DNA of 64,000 nt from contig NIVC01003640.1 of the NCBI GenBank assembly GCA_002269645.1, positions 1 to 64,000 of the forward strand, read 5' to 3'. Position 1 is the stretch's first letter. The number at the start of each line of letters is the position of its first letter. Below the pieces are notes generated by a model that saw only the letters and a program-made list of their open reading frames with translations, searched no databases and was not told where the DNA came from. The DNA is from Macrostomum lignano. Its lineage: Eukaryota. This document shows positions 37,255 through 49,714 of this stretch, piece after piece. A program made the translations under genes and the position numbers.

Positions 37255-37830
37255 GCAGCTGTACTTGGGTCATAGACAGCTAGTGGGGTCATAGATAGCT
37301 AGTGGGGTCATAGACAGCTAGTGGGGTCATAGACAGCTAGTGGGGGTCATAGACAGCTGGTGGGGGTCATAGACAGCTAGTGGGGGTCATAGACAGCTGG
37401 AGGGAGTTATAGACAGCTAGTGGGGGTCATAGACAGCTAGTGGGGGTCATAGACAGCTAGTGGGGTAATAGACAGCTAGTGGGGTCATAGACAGCTAGTG
37501 GGGGTCATAGACAGCTAGTGGGGGTCATAGACAGCTAGTGGGGGTCATAGACAGCTAGTGGGGGTCATAGACAGCTAGTGGGGTCATAGACAGCTAGTGG
37601 GGGTCATAGACAGCTAGTGGGGGTCATAGACAGCTAGTGGGGGTCATAGACAGCTAGTGGGGTCATAGACAGCTGGTGGGTGTCATAGACAGCTAGTGGG
37701 GGTCATAGACAGCTGGTGGGAGTTATAGACAGCTGGTGGGGGTCATAGACAGCTAGTGGGGGTCATAGACAGCTAGTGGGGGTCATAGACAGCTGGTGGG
37801 AGTTATAGACAGCTAGTGGGATCATAGAGA
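37255..37830. repeat. 20-21-bp minisatellite GGGGTCATAGACAGCTAGTG
   Basis: Direct tandem copies. Confidence 0.95.
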
Positions 37831-38239
37831 ACTATTGGAGGTCAAAGACAGCTAGTGGTGGTCATAAGGCTTTCATATAAAGAAATTTTTGCCCAGGTAT
37901 TGTCGCAAGTTCAGTTTCGACTGGCCTCAGACAGCAGAGCAAGCCGCCATCAACTGCCCTGCCGATGTTTCCTGCCCATTATCAAACAATGGGATTCCGC
38001 ACTATTCTGGCTGGAGCAAAGGAGGGTCCCGGACATTCCGAGAGATATTTCTGATGTTCATAAATCAGGTTAAGAAAAACAAGCTTGCAAAAGACTCTAA
38101 AAATCTGCTTTCAAAAAGATTTATTGTCCGGATATAACGCCTTACTATCTGGATTAGTTGGATTAGTAGGTAAATTTTTCAAAGGTTTGGTAGCTTGATA
38201 GTCTGCTGGATTTCAAGCTCACTCGTAATCGATATGCTA

Positions 38240-38885
38240 GCTAGCTAGATAGATAATCCGATAGGTTAGTAACTAGATAATCCGATAGACTAGTAGCTAG
38301 ATAATCCGATAGGTTAGTAACTAGATAATCCGATAGATTAGTAGCTAGATAATCCGATAGGTTAGTAACTAGATAATCCGATAGACTAGTAGCTAGATAT
38401 TCCGATAGACTAGTAGCTAGATAATCCGATAGACTAGTAGCTAGATAATCCGATAGATTAGTAGCTAGATAATCCGATAGGTTAGTAGCTAGATAATCCG
38501 ATAGACTAGTAGCTAGATAATCCGATAGATTAGTAGCTAGATAATCCGATAGGTTAGTAGCTAGATAATCCGATAGATTAGTAGCTAGATAATCCGATAG
38601 ATTAGTAGCTAGATAATCCGATAGATTAGTAGCTAGATAATCCGATAGGTTAGTAGCTAGATAATCCGATAGACTAGTAGCTAGATAATCCGATAGATGA
38701 GTAGCTAGATAATCTGATAGATTAGTAGCTAGATAATCTGATAGATGAGTAGCTAGATAATCCGATAGATTAGTAGCTAGATAATCCGATAGATTAGTAG
38801 CTAGATAATCCGATAGATGAGTAGCTAGATAATCCGATAGATTAGTAGCTAAATAATCCGATAGATGAGTAGCTAGATAATCCAA
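38240..38885. repeat. 24-bp minisatellite GATAGATTAGTAGCTAGATAATCC
   Basis: Direct tandem copies. Confidence 0.95.
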
Positions 38886-39254
38886 CCGCAGGCTGCACAT
38901 TTCGCTGGAACAGCAAACTGCTGATTTTCAGCAAGCCGTTAAAGGCCGAAAATTTGAGTCAAAACACAAAACGGTGTCGGAACTTGGAGAGCCTCTTCAA
39001 AACTGATTGTGGCTTACGAAGAAAATGCGTAGAAATTTTTCTTAATTTTTTCTTGAACCATTGATTTTCTTTTCTGCCTCGTGACCTCCAGGCTGAGCCG
39101 GGGATCGGATTGCGCCCCCCTCGCTGACGGCGCCTCCCAGGCCAGCAACGAACAATCAGAACAGAAGCGCGGAAACAACCTCCGAGACAAAATGAAAAAA
39201 AAGGTCAGGAACTTTAATAATAGAAATTTTTTTCCTACCTTCAAACCAAAAAGC

Positions 39255-40500
39255 ACCCCTGACATCAAAATGGCACTCCTGACATCAAAATGCACCCCTG
39301 ACATCAAAATGGCACCCCTGACATCAAAATGGCACCCCTGACATCAACATGGCACCCCTGACATCAACATGGCACCCCTGACATCAACATGGCACCCCTG
39401 ACATCAAAATGGCACCCCTGACATCAAAATGGCACATCTGACAAAAAAGGGCACCCCTGACATCAAAATGGCACCCCTGACATCAACATGGCGCCCCTGA
39501 CATAGAAATGGCGCCCCTGACATAGAAATGGCGCCCCTGACATAGAAATGGCACCCCTGACATAGAAATGGCGCTCCTAACATAGAAATGGCGCCCCTGA
39601 CATAGAAATGCCACCCCTGACATAGAAATGCCACCCCTGACATAGAAATGGCGCCCCTGACATAGAAATGCCACTCCTGACATAGAAATGCTACCTCTGA
39701 CATAGAAATGGCGCCCCTGACATATAAATGGCACCCCTGACATAGAAATGGCGCCCCTGACATAGAAATGGCACCCCTGAAATCAAAACGGCACCCCTGG
39801 AATCAAAATGGCACCCCTGACATCAAAATGGCACCCCTGACATCAACATGGCACCCCTGACATCAACATGGCAGCCCTGACATCAAAATGGCACCCCTGA
39901 CATCAACATGGCACCCCTGACATCAACATGGCACCCCTGACATCAACATGGCAGCCCTGACATCAAAATGGCACCCCTGACATCAACATGGCGCCCCTGA
40001 CATAGAAATGGCGCTCCTAACATAGAAATGGCGCCCCTGACATAGAAATGCCACCCCTGACATAGAAATGCCACCCCTGACATAGAAATGGCGCCCCTGA
40101 CATAGAAATGCCACTCCTGACATAGAAATGCCACCCCTGACATAGAAATGGCGCCCCTGACATAGAAATGGCACCCCTGACATAGAAATGGCGCCCCTGA
40201 CATAGAAATGCCACCCCTGACATAGAAATGGCGCCCCTGACATAGAAATGCCACCCCTGACATAGAAATGGCGCCCCTGACATAGAAATGCCACCCCTGA
40301 CATAGAAATGGCGCCCCTGACATAGAAATGGCACCCCTGACATAGAAATGGCGCCCCTGACATAGAAATGGCACCCCTGACATAGAAATGGCGCCCCTGA
40401 CATAGAAATGCCACCCCTGACATAGAAATGGCACCCCTGAAATCAAAACGGCACCCCTGGAATCAAAATGGCACCCCTGACATCAAAATGGCACCCCTGA
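39255..40500. repeat. 20-bp minisatellite CCCCTGACAT(C/A)(A/G)AAATGGCA
   Basis: Alternating blocks of CATCAAAATG/CATCAACATG and CATAGAAATG variants. Confidence 0.95.
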
Positions 40501-41837
40501 CTCACCCCTGGGACTGCAGAAGTTGCACTCCTGACATCAAGTCAGTCTGTCCTCACTCGGCGACCCTGGAGCAAAGCTTGCAGCAGAGCAAAACGCCAAC
40601 AAAGGCAGGACTTGTACGCCTCTGATGATAGCAAAATATCAGCTTACGAAAGAGGGATTTGGTAGCGGAATGATTTCGGGGCAGCCCGGGCTCAGCCCCA
40701 CCCGGCTGCCCCTCCTCATGGCAGCTCAACAGAGCCGGAGACAAAAGGATTCGGTTGGGGGGGGGAGCGGATGGGAAGTCTCAAGCGGAGAGGCTCAGGA
40801 GGGATTTTCGATAATCCGCAGCCGCCAGGCTGAGAGCAGGCGTGCAGGGGGCGGCGGCACTCCGGTCGGGCTGTTACTTGGACTGAGCTAATCCAGTAGC
40901 GCGCGATATAGTGAGGTTAAAGCGCGTCTTGTAATCGCGCATATAGACGAAGCGCGAACTAACGAAACGCGCAAATTGACAAAGCGCGCACATTGACCAA
41001 GCGCGAAATGTACAAGTGCGCAATAATTTGAAAGAATTGTGACTGCACTTTCTACAGAACAGCTGCATCAGTTCTGTGGTGACTTGGCTGATCTAGTTGT
41101 AGTAGTGTTGTTACCATGTACTTTATTCAGTGTTTTGGAGTTGGTGTTTTTATCCGTTTCACTACGTGCGCCTTTCTACATGTACAATGTTTCGCTGCAC
41201 ATTCTTACTCATGTACGCTCTTGCTCTCCATCCCCAAGTCTTATCCACCCAGTCGTAATCGTGCTCAAAAATTACCTCGTATCAAGCGAATGTCATTCTA
41301 CCCCGAGGCGAATACCTGAGATTGGCGCAGACCCTCGCCAGCCAGCTGCAGGGGAAGTCGCCAATTACTTGCCAAAAAAGCTCTCTGACGTCTTTAGCGT
41401 TCGGCTTTCAAGCAAATGAAAAGAAAATTCCCATAAATTCAGCGATTGAATATTGAATTTATTTGACGACAATAAACCGATAGCAGCTGGCTCGCCAGAT
41501 GGCGCTGTTCCCTGCACAGAAGCCCTGAACACCACAGTACGGAGAGTACTACGAGTAGAAAGTCCTGGGCCTAAGAGGTCGGGGAACTCGCCAAAACAAC
41601 AGGTGCTAAGCAAAGCAGGCTGGAATATTTGAGGCGTGTCAGATGCTCCGGTCTCGCGAGCTTGCATTGATGCCCAGTGAAAAACATCAAACAGAAATTA
41701 TTTTACATGCACAACACAGAGAAACGATCAGTACTCGTAGTCCGATTGCAAAACACAGGTAAAAGTTTATATAAGCTGGTGCTTTCAGTCAATGAGTTTT
41801 ACACCAATATGGAATCGGTATGTTGATCCCTCCACCG

Positions 41838-41985
41838 GATTGGCTGGCGAGATCGCGGAGGCTGAGGTGGGTGATTCTGTGCTGCCACCTGATTGGCTGG
41901 CGAGATCGCGGAGGCTGAGGTGGGTGATTCTGTGCTGCCACCGGATTGGCTGGCGAGATCGCGGAGCTGAGGTGGGTGACTAAAT
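41838..41985. repeat. 53-bp repeat x3 containing GATTGGCT (reverse CCAAT)
   Basis: Copies start at 41838, 41891 and 41944. Confidence 0.9.
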
Positions 41986-42059
41986 GGTCCAGCTTGATTG
42001 GCTGAATCTAGACAAAATTTATCAAACTCAGCCTCGCACGCCTTGGGAGGCCTGATGGC

Positions 42060-45000
42060 TCAGACGGGCCGCCTGGCTCGGTTCGCCCTGGCCCGGCCTG
42101 TCCTGGCCAGGATCTGGTACAGCCCGCGCCGGAAGCTCTCAGACAGGCAGCTGTAGATGGCGGGGTTGGCGCAGGCGTTGCAATAGGACAGCAGGATGGT
42201 CAGCTGGTTGAAGCGGTTCAGCGCCATCAGGTTGGCGGCCGAGACGTCGGGCAGGAAGAACACCCGACAGACGAAGAAGGCGGTGACGATGTCGGCGACG
42301 TGCAGCGGCAGCCAGCAGATGAAGAAGGAGAAGACCAGCGCCACAACCAGGGCGATGACGCGCCGACTGTTGGCGGCGCCGCGGTGCCGGCCGAAGCGCC
42401 ACAGGCGGCGCAGCATCCGCACCGAGCAGAAGGCGATGATGACGAACGGCACGGCGTAGCCCAGCGTGGCGCGGCCGGCGAACAGGCCGATCTTGAGCGG
42501 ACCGTACTGCTCAGACAGCTCGTAGGTGCAGACGCCATTCTTCACCCGGTACACCAGCGGCCAGGGCAGCGCCACCAGTACGGCGCCGGCCCACAGAGCG
42601 CCTGCGTAGCGCGGAGCGGCGGCCGCGCGCTGGGAGCCGCGCATCGAGCCCGCCACTCCTCGGCCGGCGGCGCTGCCGAGGCCGGAGACGGACAGGCAGC
42701 GGTCGACGGCCATGGCGGTGAGGAAGGCGGCGGAGGCGTGCATGGCCAGCGGCTGCAGGAAGTGCAGAAGTTTGCACATGGGGTCACCCAGAGGCCAGGC
42801 ACTGGCCCAGAAGAACACGATGGTGTGCACCGGGGCGCAGATGGCCAGGAAGAACAGGTCGGCGGCGGCAAGGTGGGTCACGTAAGTGTGCACCGCGGAC
42901 CGGCGATACTGCCTGGCACGGATGCTGACCAGGAGGATGAGGCTGTTTCCAAGGAGACCGGCGGAGGTCACCAGCAGGTAGACAGCCACAATGACGTTGT
43001 CTCCGGTTTGAGAGATCTCAGACAGGCGCTCGAGGTGGTTCTCGATGCTGACGCCGCAGTGCCATTTCCCTTCGTGGTCGGAGAGGTTCGCTGCGAAAGG
43101 AGGGGGCGGGGACGGGACGAGCTGTGTATGACCCAAGCTGTGTATGACCCAAGCTGTGTATGACCTAAGCTGTGTATGAGCCAAGCCGTGTATGAGCCAA
43201 GCTGTGTATGAGCCAAGCCGTGTATGAGCCAAGCTGTGTATGACCCAAGCTGTGTATGACCCAAGCTGTGTATGACCCAAGCTGTGTATGACCCAAGCTG
43301 TGTATGACCCAAGCTGTGTATGACCCAAGCTGTGTATGACCCAAGCTGTGTATGACCCAAGCTGTGTATGACCTAAGCTGTGTATGACCCAAGCTGTGTA
43401 TGACCTAAGCTGTGTATGACCTAAGCTGTGTATGACCTAAGCCGTGTATGACCCAAGCTGTGTATGACTCAAGCTGTGTATGACCTAAGCTGTGTATGAC
43501 CCAAGCTGTGTATGACCCAAGCTGTGTATGACCCAAGCTGTGTATGACCCAAGCTGTCTGTGGCCCAAGCTGTCTGTGGCCCAAGCTGTCCGTGGCCCAA
43601 GCTGTCTGTGGCCCAAGCTGTCCGTGGCCCAAGCTGTCTGTGGCCCAAGCTGTCTGTGACCCAAGCTGTCTGTGACCCAAGCTGTCTGTGACCCAAGCTG
43701 TCTGTGGCCCAAACTGTCTGTGGCCCAAGCTGTCTGTGACCCAAGCTGTCTGTGGCCCAAGCTGTCTGTGGCCCAAGCTGTCTGTGACCCAAGCTGTCTG
43801 TGGCCCAAGCTGTCTGTGACCCAAACTGTCTGTGGCCCAAGCTGTCTGTGACCCAAACTGTCTGTGGCCCAAGCTGTCTGTGGCCTAAGTAAATGGTCAG
43901 TATACTGTGTGTTACGCAAAAGTTATTTATGACCCAAGCTGCCGAAGATATGATCTGCGACTTCAACTGTCGATGACTGAAGCCCCAGAGTTTCTCGTGA
44001 CGGCCCAATAGTGAGTCATGCAAACTGCCCGAACGGATCAGACGAGCAGTCGTCTTTTTGAAGAGAATTTTTCTTGAATTTTATATTAGGTTGTAATTAG
44101 GAAAAATTCAGTCTTCAGAATGCAGGAAGTCATTAGGCATTCAAGGCAGAAGCACTGAAAGGCAAAGGCGCCCGTTGGAAAATCATTGACAGAGGCGGGT
44201 ACAGGTGGTGGGGGTTCATACAAAGGTCAAAGCCGTCTTCGGACAGCTGTGCACCTGCTGCTCCGGGGACTCTAATCACGTGCACCGCGTGACCCAGCCC
44301 GTAGCCGATATCTGCAAAGCAAGTTTCCGCTGGCCGATGACTGCAGTGGCTTCATCAGATCATCACTACAGGGTTGCCGATGACTGCAGTGGCTTCATCA
44401 GATCATCACTACAGGGTTGCCGATGACTGCAGTGGCTTCATCAGATCATCACTACAGGGTTGCCGATGACTGCAGTGGCTTCATCAGATCATCACTACAG
44501 GGTTGCCGATGACTGCAGTGGCTTCATCAGATCATCACTACAGGGTTGCAAATTTTGCAGCCTGCAAATAAAATTTACGACTGTGGGAAAAATGCTCGGG
44601 AAAGCGGAACTTCAACTTCAGCTGCTTAAGCCGCCTTCCCCATCGGAGTGCCGTGATGCTGAGAATCAATTCCGACTCGGCATTGAGACGGGAAATGAAT
44701 TGGGGATTCAATTTCAAAGAATCAAAGGCAGAACTGCGCATTGTTCAAAGCAGCGACGCTTCGGCCTTGTCAAAGGATTTGCTGGCAAATTTTCAAAAAT
44801 TCCAGGGAAGCTGAGCCACCGGCCCACGCAGCGGCTTCTCAGTGATGGAGCCGCTAGAGACATTTCGGAAAATATTTTGCTAGAATCCTTCCCAGCCTCC
44901 TCAGCTTCATCGGATAGAGGTCCGGATTGAGGGCAGTTCGGCCTCAGTGATGCTTGGCAGTGCCGGGGATGCGGGGCCAAGACAGGAGGACGTCAGCCCC

Positions 45001-46553
45001 GCTGTCACGAGACCCGCACTGGTGCAGCAAGCGAAATTCCAACTGGAAATGCGAGCCGTCATGACCTCCTCACATCCCACCAGATCAGTGGCAGCAGCGT
45101 CAGGAAGCAGTCAGCAGTGTGTCAGACAGCACAGTCAGCAGTGTGTCAGATAGCACACAGTCAGCAGTGTGTCAGACAGCACACAGTCAGCAGTGTGTCA
45201 GATAGCACACAGTCAGCAGTGTGTCAGACAGCACAGTCAGCAGTGTGTCAGACAGCACAGTCAGCAGTGTGTCAGATAGCACACAGTCAGCAGTGTGTCA
45301 GATAGCACACAGTCAGCAGTGTGTCAGATAGCACACAGTCAGCAGTGTGTCAGACAGGACAGTCAGCAGTGTGTCAGATAGCACACAGTCAGCAGTGTGT
45401 CAGATAGCACACAGTCAGCAGTGTGTCAGATAGCACACAGTCAGCAGTGTGTCAGACAGCACAGTCAGCAGTGTGTCAGACAGCACAGTCAGCAGTGTGT
45501 CAGATAGCACACAGTCAGCAGTGTGTCAGACAGGACAGTCAGCAGTGTGTCAGATAGCACACAGTCAGCAGTGTGTCAGACAGGACAGTCAGCAGTGTGT
45601 CAGATAGCACACAGTCAGCAGTGTGTCAGACAGGACAGTCAGCAGTGTGTCAGATAGCACACAGTCAGCAGTGTGTCAGACAGGACAGTCAGTGTGTCAG
45701 ACAGGACAGTCAGTGTGTCAGACAGGACAGTCAGTGTGTCAGACAGGACAGTCAGTGTGTCAGACAGGACAGTCAGTGTGTCAGACAGGACAGTCAGTGT
45801 GTCAGACAGGACAGTCAGTGTGTCAGACAAGACAGTCAGTGTGTCAGACAGGACAGTCAGTGTGTCAGAAAGGACAGTCAGTGTGTCAGACAGGACGGTC
45901 AGCAGTGTGTCAGACAGCACAGTCAGTGTGTCAGACAGGACAGTCAGCAGTGTGTCAGACAGGACAGTCAGTGTGTCAGACAGGACAGTCAGCAGTGTGT
46001 CAGACAGGACAGTCAGTGTGTCAGACAGGACAGTCAGTGTGTCAGACAGGACAGTCAGTGTGTCAGAAAGGACAGTCAGTGTGTCAGACAGGACAGTCAG
46101 TGTGTCAGACAGCTCAGTCAGTGTGTCAGACAGGACAGTCAGTGTGTCAGACAGGACAGTCAGTGTGTCAGACAGGACAGTCAGTGTGTCAGACAGCTCA
46201 GTCAGTGTGTCAGACAGGACAGTCAGTGTGTCAGACAGGACAGTCAGTGTGTCAGAAAGGACAGTCAGTGTGTCAGACAGGACAGTCAGTGTGTCAGACA
46301 GCTCAGTCAGTGTGTCAGACAGGACAGTCAGTGTGTCAAACAGGACAGTCAGTGTGTCAGATAGGACAGTCAGTGTGTCAGACAGCTGGTTTTGTTCCAC
46401 CTGGCCGCTCAAAGCTGCCGAGTGCGGGAGCCGGCAAGCCACAACTGAAGCGGAAAGCCCTTACTGATCATACTAATCAGATAGTAAAAGTGCACTTTGC
46501 TCAGTGCCCACCAACTCACCCTCGCTGGCGTTCGCGCCGGTGAGATTGCTCAT
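42060..46553 (-). CDS. Class A neuropeptide GPCR, galanin/allatostatin-A/kisspeptin-receptor-like (2 exons, 354 aa)
   Basis: Exon 1 46553-46520 (MSNLTGANASE, donor GTGAGT, phase 1) joins exon 2 43090-42060 in frame, giving three N-terminal N-x-S/T sites. Seven TM segments with GN, LAAADL, DRC, CWLP and NPAIY. Ligand class is inferred. Confidence 0.9.
43118..43890. repeat. 16-bp minisatellite GACCCAAGCTGTGTAT / GGCCCAAGCTGTCTGT in GPCR intron
   Basis: Two variant blocks; ends about 25 nt from the acceptor. Confidence 0.95.
44333..44548. repeat. 43-bp exact repeat x5 in GPCR intron
   Basis: Unit GCCGATGACTGCAGTGGCTTCATCAGATCATCACTACAGGGTT, no spacers. Confidence 0.95.
45107..46388. repeat. 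21-26-bp minisatellite CAGTC(AGC)AGTGTGTCAGACAGGA in GPCR intron
   Basis: Tandem copies; the same family occurs inverted at 48920-49150. Confidence 0.95.
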
Positions 46554-46789
46554 TTTGCCAAATTGCTTTTGCCGCTTCCAGGAGCAGAAAGACGATTTGC
46601 CGGCTCTATGGGCTGATGGAGAGAGAACTCGGGGTTGAGGCAGTGGGGACCAGATGTTCGCCTGCGAGATTTATACCTGTGCCCCCCCATTCGCTCTCCC
46701 CTCCCCTTCCACTGCAGGCGCGGCCAAGGAGGCCCACAACCAGGACATGGAGTCAGCATTGCAAGACTACTACAGGCTGGTGTGGTGGC

Positions 46790-48215
46790 TTCTGCGTCAC
46801 ATTCACTGAGGCTTTCACAGCTTCTGCGTCACATTCACTGAGGTTTTCACAGCTTCTGCGTCACATTCACTGAGGTTTTCACAGCTTCTGCGTCACATTC
46901 ACTGAGACTTTCACAGCTTCTGCGTCACATTCACTGAGACTTTCACAGCTTCTGTGTCACATTCACTGAGGTTTTCACAGCTTCTGCGTCACATTCACTG
47001 AGGCTTTCACAGCGGTTTTCACAGCTTCTGCGTCACATTCACTGAGGTTTTCACAGCTTCTGCGTCACATTCACTGAGGCTTTCACAGCTTCTGCGTCAC
47101 ATTCACTGAGGCTTTCACAGCTTCTGCGTCACATTCACTGAGGTTTTCACAGCTTCTGCGTCACATTCACTGAGGTTTTCACAGCTTCTGCGTCACATTC
47201 ACTGAGGTTTTCACAGCTTCTGCGTCACATTCACTGAGGTTTTCACAGCTTCTGCGTCACATTCACTGAGGCTTTCACAGCTTCTGCGTCACATTCACTG
47301 AGGTTTTCACAGCTTCTGCGTCACATTCACTGAGGCTTTCACAGCTTCTGCGTCACATTCACTGAGGTTTTCACAGCTTCTGCGTCACATTCACTGAGGC
47401 TTTCACAGCTTCTGCGTCACATTCACTGAGGTTTTCACAGCTTCTGCGTCACATTCACTGAGACTTTCACAGCTTCTGCGTCACATTCACTGAGACTTTC
47501 ACAGCTTCTGCGTCACATTCACTGAGACTTTCACAGCTTCTGTGTCACATTCACTGAGGTTTTCACAGCTTCTGCGTCACATTCACTGAGGCTTTCACAG
47601 CGGTTTTCACAGCTTCTGCGTCACATTCACTGAGGTTTTCACAGCTTCTGCGTCACATTCACTGAGGCTTTCACAGCTTCTGCGTCACATTCACTGAGGC
47701 TTTCACAGCTTCTGCGTCACATTCACTGAGGTTTTCACAGCTTCTGCGTCACATTCACTGAGGTTTTCACAGCTTCTGCGTCACATTCACTGAGGCTTTC
47801 ACAGCTTCTGCGTCACATTCACTGAGGTTTTCACAGCTTCTGCGTCACATTCACTGAGGCTTTCACAGCTTCTGCGTCACATTCACTGAGGTTTTCACAG
47901 CTTCTGCGTCACATTCACTGAGGTTTTCACAGCTTCTGCGTCACATTCACTGAGACTTTCACAGCTTCTGCGTCACATTCACTGAGACTTTCACAGCTTC
48001 TGTGTCACATTCACTGAGGTTTTCACAGCTTCTGCGTCACATTCACTGAGGCTTTCACAGCTTCTGCGTCACATTCACTGAGGCTTTCACAGCGGTTTTC
48101 ACAGCTTCTGCGTCACATTCACTGAGGTTTTCACAGCTTCTGCGTCACATTCACTGAGGCTTTCACAGCGGTTTTCACAGCTTCTGCGTCACATTCACTG
48201 AGGCTTTCACAGCTT
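46790..48215. repeat. 32-bp minisatellite AGGTTTTCACAGCTTCTGCGTCACATTCACTG
   Basis: About 44 copies; variant GCGGTTTTC recurs at 47012 and 47600 (588-bp spacing). Confidence 0.95.
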
Positions 48216-48919
48216 CGGCTTGATTAAGTTCAAGAATCCATTGAGCCCATCGAGCGGTCGGTGGCAGCCCTGAACGAATTTGTCAGAAATTTGTCAACTG
48301 GGCGGGTGTCGGACTTGGCACTCCAGGCTCTGATTTTTCGACTTCCTTGGCCTGGCCAACTTCCCGGATCCCGCTGGGACCGGCCAATGGACTGCGCCAG
48401 CGCCACCCAAACTGGGGATTTGCCGGCCGCGGCTGCACTGAGGGCGGGAAGGAGAGAAAGAACTGGGGGGGGGGGGGGGGGGGGGGCTGCTGCCTGCTTT
48501 TTGAAATCCAATTTCGGGGAAGCGAAAGCCGAACTTGGCGAAGAAATCCCGGGAGAGAGGGGAGCTGCAGTGGACTTCGAAAACCCAGCCGATTCTGGCA
48601 GCACTGATTTCGAGTCAAGAGGCTGAGCCCCAGACAGCGAACAGGCCTCCTCATCATGTCTCGGTGCCGACCGGTGCAGCAGATGACCAGGGCTGCAGCT
48701 GGGGATGTGCAGACAGGATGTGCAAGCGGAGTCGGGCTTTAGGAGGACAGGAGACCTGATCCCCGGCTTATGCCTGGCTGACTGATAAGGGATAAGCAAA
48801 TGCAGCATCTTTTGCTGATAATTTGATCTTGTAGAGGTAAAAGCTGCGTGTTAGGTGATTAAACAGCCGCATACCTATAACGGCTCGTGTAGCTAGGCCT
48901 TGGGACATATTCAGTGCCT

Positions 48920-49150
48920 CTGCTGTCTGACACACTGCTGACTGAGCTGTCTGACACACTGCTGACGGTGGTGTCTGACACACTGCTGACTGAGCTGTCT
49001 GACACACTGCTGACGGTGGTGTCTGACACACTGCTGACTGAGCTGTCTGACACACTGCTGACTGAGCTGTCTGACACACTGCTGACGGTGGTGTCTGACA
49101 CACTGCTGACTGAGCTGTCTGACCTGTCTGACACACTGCTGACTGAGCTG
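48920..49150. repeat. Inverted copy of the 45.1-46.4 kb minisatellite family
   Basis: CTGTCTGACACACTGCTGACTG is the reverse complement of CAGTCAGCAGTGTGTCAGACAG. Confidence 0.9.
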
Positions 49151-49714
49151 TCGCCAAAGCCTACCCCATGGCTCGTTCGCATTCGCAGCAGAACCTGACA
49201 GCAGTCACAATGTAGCGCATATTGTAGCAGCCATGCAGCTTCCCAAAAGCTAAAATTAGTGCATCTTTTTGATACTTTTGAGGCAACAGACGGTCGGCCC
49301 AGTGATTTCAGGCCCCACCGGCACCCACGCATCTGTCCATCACGCTCGCACTAGAGTAATAATTAATTTTCGCCGAAGCAGAGCCCCCCCCTGCACCGCA
49401 CCGGGCGGGCTGGTTGGGAAGAAATTCGGTCACTCGGTTCATTCCAGGCACCGAGGCTGTATCGAGAATATTGCTGTCGCAGTCGAGACCCGACTAGCGG
49501 GACATCGAAGCAATGGGCTATTTTAATATTTATGTAGATCAGGCCGAAGTGCGTTCACAATGCTGACAGAAATATTAATATATAAGGCGGGCATAACTGT
49601 TCAGCAATCTTGTTTACTAACTCTGCTGAATAACCCGAACTGACTGCGCAGCATTCTGCCACAACAGAATCTGCTGTTTAAATTCCCTCACTTGATCCGT
49701 TCCTGTCCTATTTC

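Noticed and set aside
44333-44548. 43-bp repeat as a CRISPR array or tandem hammerhead ribozyme (minus strand has CTGATGA and a GCC/GGC stem)
   Set aside because: No spacers and no cas genes in a eukaryotic context. The hammerhead GAAA is reduced to AAC and stem I cannot form.
48230-48808. 192-aa ORF upstream of the GPCR as a separate gene
   Set aside because: Low complexity with a homopolymer run, no domain and no convincing splice partners; may be untranslated or regulatory.
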